This document shows positions 59,647 to 64,000 of a stretch of DNA of 64,000 bases, piece after piece. The stretch lies in contig JAXLQJ010000040.1 of the NCBI GenBank assembly GCA_046331705.1, positions 1 to 64,000 on the forward strand, given 5' to 3'. Position numbers and translations under genes: made by a program. Position 1 is the stretch's first letter. The number at the start of each line of letters is the position of its first letter. Source of the stretch: a bacterium (GTDB lineage Bacteria > JADJOY01). The notes under the pieces were generated by a model. It was not told the origin of the DNA. It did no database searches and saw only the letters and a program-made list of their open reading frames with translations.

Positions 59647-60011
59647 GGCTTGGCTCCGGTGGCGCAGAAGCTGCGCACCTTGGCGACCAGGTTCTTGATC
59701 TCGTCGTCGCTCAGCGACTTACCCATGGCCGGCATCTCGCTCTTCTTCCCGGCGATGGCCTTGCCGCCCACCTTCACCACCTCGAAGAGCTTGTCGTCGC
59801 TCTCCTTCGCCATCGCGGCGCAGTCGGTGAAGTCGCGGGGCTTCTCCGCGAGGGTCGCGCCCTCCGCGCCGTCGCCCTTCCCTTCCGCGCCGTGGCATTT
59901 CTGGCAGTACTTCTTGAACTGCTTGTCCGCGACCTCGTCCGCGCGGGCGACGCCCGAGGCTGCGATGGCCAGGGCGCCCGCGGCGACCAGTGCTTTGGTC
60001 CACGTCTTCAT
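59643..60011 (-). CDS. Periplasmic monoheme cytochrome c
   Basis: Signal peptide, CQKCHGAEGKGDG, PRDFT, EMPAM. Confidence 0.92.
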   Translation of the reverse strand: MKTWTKALVAAGALAIAASGVARADEVADKQFKKYCQKCHGAEGKGDGAEGATLAEKPRDFTDCAAMAKESDDKLFEVVKVGGKAIAGKKSEMPAMGKSLSDDEIKNLVAKVRSFCATGAKP

Positions 60012-60034
60012 GTGCAACCTCCCGATGCGCGGCT

Positions 60035-60325
60035 TCAGCGCGCCTTCATGTATTCGAGGATCGCGTCGGCGGTGTGCGCCGGCAGATTCGCGCGCACCCG
60101 CATGTGCATCAGCACCGTGTCCCACTCGTGCGGCGCCCGATCAGACGCGGGGGGTGGGTTGTGGCAGTTCGAGCAGTACTGCCCCCAGGCGTCCATGCCC
60201 GTGAGATAGAGGTCCTTCGAGTCGCCTTCCGACTCGGCGCGGGCAGGAACCGCCGCACCCGCCGACGAGCCCACGACGATCATCAGCGCGAGCGCGCTGC
60301 GTCGAATCATTCCGTTGGTGTTCAT
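60035..60325 (-). CDS. Small monoheme cytochrome c
   Basis: Signal peptide, CSNCH, EWDTVLMHMRVRANL. Confidence 0.88.
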   Translation of the reverse strand: MNTNGMIRRSALALMIVVGSSAGAAVPARAESEGDSKDLYLTGMDAWGQYCSNCHNPPPASDRAPHEWDTVLMHMRVRANLPAHTADAILEYMKAR

Positions 60326-60358
60326 GGATGTGCTCTCCTCGCTGGCGCGATCGCGCGC

Positions 60359-61552
60359 TCAGAATCCGAACGCGAATTGGGCGTGGACCTCGTGACCTTC
60401 CTTCTCCGCCTTGCGCTCGTCGAAGTCGTACTCGGCCTTGAACACGAGCATCGGGCTGAACCAGTAGTCGATGCCCGCCGCGAGCTGGCGAATGCGCGGG
60501 TTCGGCTGGTCGGGTGCGTCCTCGGGTGCCGCCGGCTGGTTCTGCTGGCTGTAACGCAACACCAGCTCGGTGCGGTCGAGGATCGGCAAACCCAGCGGCG
60601 TCAGCTTGTAGGCCGCTTGCGCGTATCCACCTTGCCGGTGCTCTGTGGAGGCGCCGTCGGGAAGCTCACGCCAGAAGTCCACGAACTCGCCGCGCAGCTC
60701 CAGGTAGCCGATCTTGTACGCGGCGTCGGCGCCCCAGACGTTGAGCCACAAGCTCTGGTGCTGGTCGTCCCAGGTGCCGTTGTAGGTGGAAAGGCCGATC
60801 TTGAGCCGGCCAAGCTCGGCGGAGAGCGGTAACGGGCGGATCCCGATGCGCGCGCCGAAGGCCTTGCTCTTGTTGATGTCGGCGTTGTTCGCGGCCTCGA
60901 GCAACGAGCCGGCGCCCGCGTCCGCGAACTTGGGACCGTTGCTCACGTAGAGCGCGTACTCGAGGTCCACGCCATCGTCGCCCATGAGCGGGATGCCGCC
61001 GCGCAGCTGCGCGCCGACCTCGCTGAACGGCAGCAGCCCCTCCTCGTGGCGAAACGGTAGCGGCGTCGAGGCGAGCTTGTTGATCCAGGTCGGCTGGATG
61101 CGCTCGTTGAAGTCGCCGAACGGCGTGAGGAACTTGCCGGCGACCAAGGTCACGTAGTCGTTGAAGAGGTAGTCGAGCTGGCCGTACTCGAGATTGACCT
61201 CGGTCTCGCCGTCGCTGGGTAGCTCGAACTCGGCCTCCGCCTCGACCAGGGCCTTGTCCGTGATCCTGAACAGGAACAACGGCTCGATCTCGGCCGTGAA
61301 CGTGTTGGACTCGTCGTGGGCCGCCCAGTCGTAGCCAGCCGCACCGCTACCGGCGATCACGAACCGCGATTCACCCCAATAGTCCGCGAGCGCTCGAGCG
61401 ATCGAGTCGCTGCTGGCGGACGCCGTCGCGGTCGCAGCCGCGTCGGACGAGTCGGCCGCCCGCGCACGCGGCACGCCCATCGCGCCGGTGACGACCAGCG
61501 CCAGCAACCCAGACGACACCACGGCCCGCGCCGTGATGAATGGCGGTTTCAT
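60359..61552 (-). CDS. Outer-membrane beta-barrel (porin-like) protein
   Basis: Signal peptide, alternating beta-strand pattern, AGKFLTPFG, C-terminal beta-signal VHAQFAFGF. Confidence 0.85.
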   Translation of the reverse strand: MKPPFITARAVVSSGLLALVVTGAMGVPRARAADSSDAAATATASASSDSIARALADYWGESRFVIAGSGAAGYDWAAHDESNTFTAEIEPLFLFRITDKALVEAEAEFELPSDGETEVNLEYGQLDYLFNDYVTLVAGKFLTPFGDFNERIQPTWINKLASTPLPFRHEEGLLPFSEVGAQLRGGIPLMGDDGVDLEYALYVSNGPKFADAGAGSLLEAANNADINKSKAFGARIGIRPLPLSAELGRLKIGLSTYNGTWDDQHQSLWLNVWGADAAYKIGYLELRGEFVDFWRELPDGASTEHRQGGYAQAAYKLTPLGLPILDRTELVLRYSQQNQPAAPEDAPDQPNPRIRQLAAGIDYWFSPMLVFKAEYDFDERKAEKEGHEVHAQFAFGF

Positions 61553-62082
61553 CTCTTTCTCCTTTCGGTGACGGAAATCGCGTGGACCAAGCGCAAGACG
61601 GGTGCCGGGTGAGGGGAAACGCTCGTTCGATCGGTGCACGACCGGTGAGCGAGCACGGATCGCTCCCCGAATCGGATGCTCAGACGACTGTGACGTCGTG
61701 TGGAATTCGAGCGCGAGGCGCGCTCTCTACATTCGTTCGACGCGCGCGCTCGTGTGGAAACCGCCCATCTCACGAATGCTCGACGAGCGGCTTGCGTGCC
61801 ACGTCACGCGGGCGTGACCTGGCACCCGAAGCGCGACCGACGATCGTGTCCAGACGGCAACCGATCGAGACTCACGCCTTCGAGAACGTCGTTCTGCACG
61901 CGCGTCGGGGCACCGTCGACGGTCGACGATCCGTCCGCGGCGGCGAGTGGCGCTGCGTCGAGAAGTCACCGGCGACGTGACGCAGCGCACGCGCCAACGG
62001 AGACGGCACGCGCGACGTCGCACCGCAAACGGAGCTAGCTTGCGCCGAATCGCGCGCCCGCACGGCGCGTCGAGGCGCACGC

Positions 62083-63075
62083 ATGCACGCCACCGCCACC
62101 GCGCATCCGAACATCGCCCTGGTGAAGTACTGGGGGAAGCGCGACGCGGCGCTCAACCTGCCGCGCGAGGGGAGCCTCTCGCTCACGCTCGCCGGCATGG
62201 AGTCGCGCACCAGCGTTCGCTTCGACCGAACCCTCGCCCGCGACCAGCTGGTCCTCGACGGCACGACCGCGCCCGAGGCTTCACTGCGCAAGGCGGTGCG
62301 GATCCTCGACGACGTGAGGCGGCGCAGCAGCGGTCGACTCTCCGACGTTCACGCGCAGGTCGAGAGCACGAACGACTTCCCCACGGGTGCCGGGCTGGCG
62401 TCGAGCGCAAGCGGCTTCGCGGCGCTGGCGTGCGCCGCGGCCGCCGCGGCGGACCTCGAGCTCGCCCCCGACGAGCTCTCGGTCCTGGCCCGTCTCGGCT
62501 CGGGCTCGGCGTGTCGCTCGGTGCTGGGCGGCTTCGTCGAGTGGCGGCGTGGCGAACGCGACGACGGCCTGGATTCGCACGCCGTCGAGATCGCGCCGCC
62601 ATCGCACTGGAACGTGGCGATGCTCGTGGCCGTGGTGGCCGAGGCGCCGAAGTCCGTCTCCTCGACCGAAGGCATGGAGCGCACCCGCGCGACCTCGCCT
62701 TTCTACGAGGCGTTTCTGGCTTCCATCCCCGCGGATCTGGCGAGCGCTCGCGAGGCCGTGCTGAGCCGCGAGCTCGCGGCGCTCGGCGTGGTGATGGAGC
62801 GCAACTGCTTGCGCATGCACGCCGCGATGCTCGCCGCCGAGCCGGCGCTGGTCTACCTGCGCGGCGCCTCGCTGGCGGTCACCGAGCGGGTGCGCGCCTT
62901 GCGGCACGGTGGAACCCCCGCGTACTTCACGATCGACGCGGGCCCGAACGTGAAAGTGCTCTGCGAATCGGCGAACGCCGGCTCCGTCGAGAAAGCGCTC
63001 GCCGCCGTGCCCGGCGTGATTCGCGTCATCCGCGCCGTGCCGGGACCGGCCGCGCGGATCGTCGAGCGTGGCTGA
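62083..63075 (+). CDS. mvaD: Diphosphomevalonate (or phosphomevalonate) decarboxylase
   Basis: AHPNIALVKYWGKRD, PTGAGLASSASGFAAL, RLGSGSACRS, VSSTEGM, FTIDAGPNVK. Confidence 0.93.
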   Translation: MHATATAHPNIALVKYWGKRDAALNLPREGSLSLTLAGMESRTSVRFDRTLARDQLVLDGTTAPEASLRKAVRILDDVRRRSSGRLSDVHAQVESTNDFPTGAGLASSASGFAALACAAAAAADLELAPDELSVLARLGSGSACRSVLGGFVEWRRGERDDGLDSHAVEIAPPSHWNVAMLVAVVAEAPKSVSSTEGMERTRATSPFYEAFLASIPADLASAREAVLSRELAALGVVMERNCLRMHAAMLAAEPALVYLRGASLAVTERVRALRHGGTPAYFTIDAGPNVKVLCESANAGSVEKALAAVPGVIRVIRAVPGPAARIVERG

Positions 63076-63105
63076 CCTTCCTCACTCGCCCTCCGAAAGA
63101 CACCC

Positions 63106-64000
63106 ATGACGGATCCGAACGCGTCCCACGAGCAGAAGGTGGCGAAGATCGCCGAGTCCTTGCGAGCGCTCGCCGCGCACGGCGAGCACGCGCACATCGA
63201 GAAGGGCGGCGTTCATCACTTCGTGCCGCTGCCCAAGGACCCGCGCTTCGCGGGCCGCGCGGTGGACGCGTCGTCGCTCGATCAGGTGCTCGCCATCGAT
63301 CGCGAGCGCCGCGTCTGCGTCGCCGAGCCCGGTGTCACGTTCGCCACGCTGGCGCGCGCGACGCTCGCTCACGGGCTCCTCCCCACCGTGGTCCCCGAGC
63401 TCGAGGGGATCACCATCGGCGGCGCCATCGCCGGCTGCTCGGTGGAATCGATGTCCTACCGCTACGGCGGCTTCCACGACTCGTGCAGCGAGTACGAGGT
63501 CGTGACCGGAACCGGCGACGTCGTGAGGTGCTCGCGCAGCGAGCGCGCCCTCGCCTTCGAGATGATCCACGGCTCGTACGGAACCTTGGGCGTTCTCGCC
63601 AAGGCCACCTTCGGTCTCGTGCCGGCGAAGCCCTTCGTGCACATGCGCTACGTCCGGCACACGAGCTTCGCGGCGTTCGAACGCGAGCTGCGCGAGCGCT
63701 GCGCCGCTGGCGAGGACGACTTCATCGACGCGATCATCCATCGCCCGGACGCGCTGGTGCTCTGCCTCGGGCGATTCGAGGACTCGGCGCCCTACACCTC
63801 GAGCTACCGACGGCTCGAGATCTTCTACAAGAGCACGCTGGCGCGCACCGAGGACCATCTCGCGACCCTCGACTACTGCTTCCGCTACGACACCGAATGC
63901 CACTGGCTCACGGCCACCTTCCCGCCCCTCGAGTGGAAGCCCGTGCGCTTCCTCCTGGGCAAGTGGCTGCTCGGCTCGACCAACCTGATCCGCGCCTCGG
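63106..64000 (+). CDS. FAD-binding oxidoreductase, DHCR24/delta24-sterol-reductase-like (runs off the window edge)
   Basis: Manual translation: AEPGVT...LPTVVPELEGITIGGAIAGCSVESMSYRYGGFHDSCSEYEVVTGTG...GSYGTLG. Confidence 0.85.
   Translation, partial: MTDPNASHEQKVAKIAESLRALAAHGEHAHIEKGGVHHFVPLPKDPRFAGRAVDASSLDQVLAIDRERRVCVAEPGVTFATLARATLAHGLLPTVVPELEGITIGGAIAGCSVESMSYRYGGFHDSCSEYEVVTGTGDVVRCSRSERALAFEMIHGSYGTLGVLAKATFGLVPAKPFVHMRYVRHTSFAAFERELRERCAAGEDDFIDAIIHRPDALVLCLGRFEDSAPYTSSYRRLEIFYKSTLARTEDHLATLDYCFRYDTECHWLTATFPPLEWKPVRFLLGKWLLGSTNLIRAS

Overview
Very GC-rich, gene-dense bacterial DNA with about 50 CDS. It is probably from a diderm Myxococcota/'deltaproteobacterium'-like organism; this is inferred from the mevalonate genes, OmpA, porin, Rieske/cyt b and myxobacterial-type secreted repeat proteins. 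Most of the window is metabolic or envelope genes: GMC oxidoreductase, FadR regulator, several hydrolases, a double-length UvrA, dynamin, SpoIID, L,D-transpeptidase, queD, pcm, dgt, TldD-like, cysteine desulfurase-like, ArnT-like GT and DHH. Most notable: (1) a lower-GC island at ~33.9-36.6 kb that looks like a decayed inverted-integrase integron. It has an eroded intI 3' fragment, attC/attI-like remnants and two cassette-like genes (one an RxxxxH HEPN protein), next to a divergent DUF222-HNH gene with a leaderless promoter and a LexA-like box. (2) A five-gene operon (outer-membrane beta-barrel, two c-type cytochromes, Rieske, cytochrome b-c fusion) lying antisense within the mevalonate cluster fni-mvaA-mvk / mvaD, which is followed by a DHCR24-like oxidoreductase. 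(3) A CarH/CarA-type 11-bp-periodic operator over a perfect -35 upstream of a DUF4397 lipoprotein. (4) A sensor kinase with a degenerate ATP-binding domain. (5) Several decayed toxin-antitoxin fragments. No rRNA, tRNA or CRISPR array was seen. All calls come from reading motifs by eye; no database searches were run, and many start codons are estimates.
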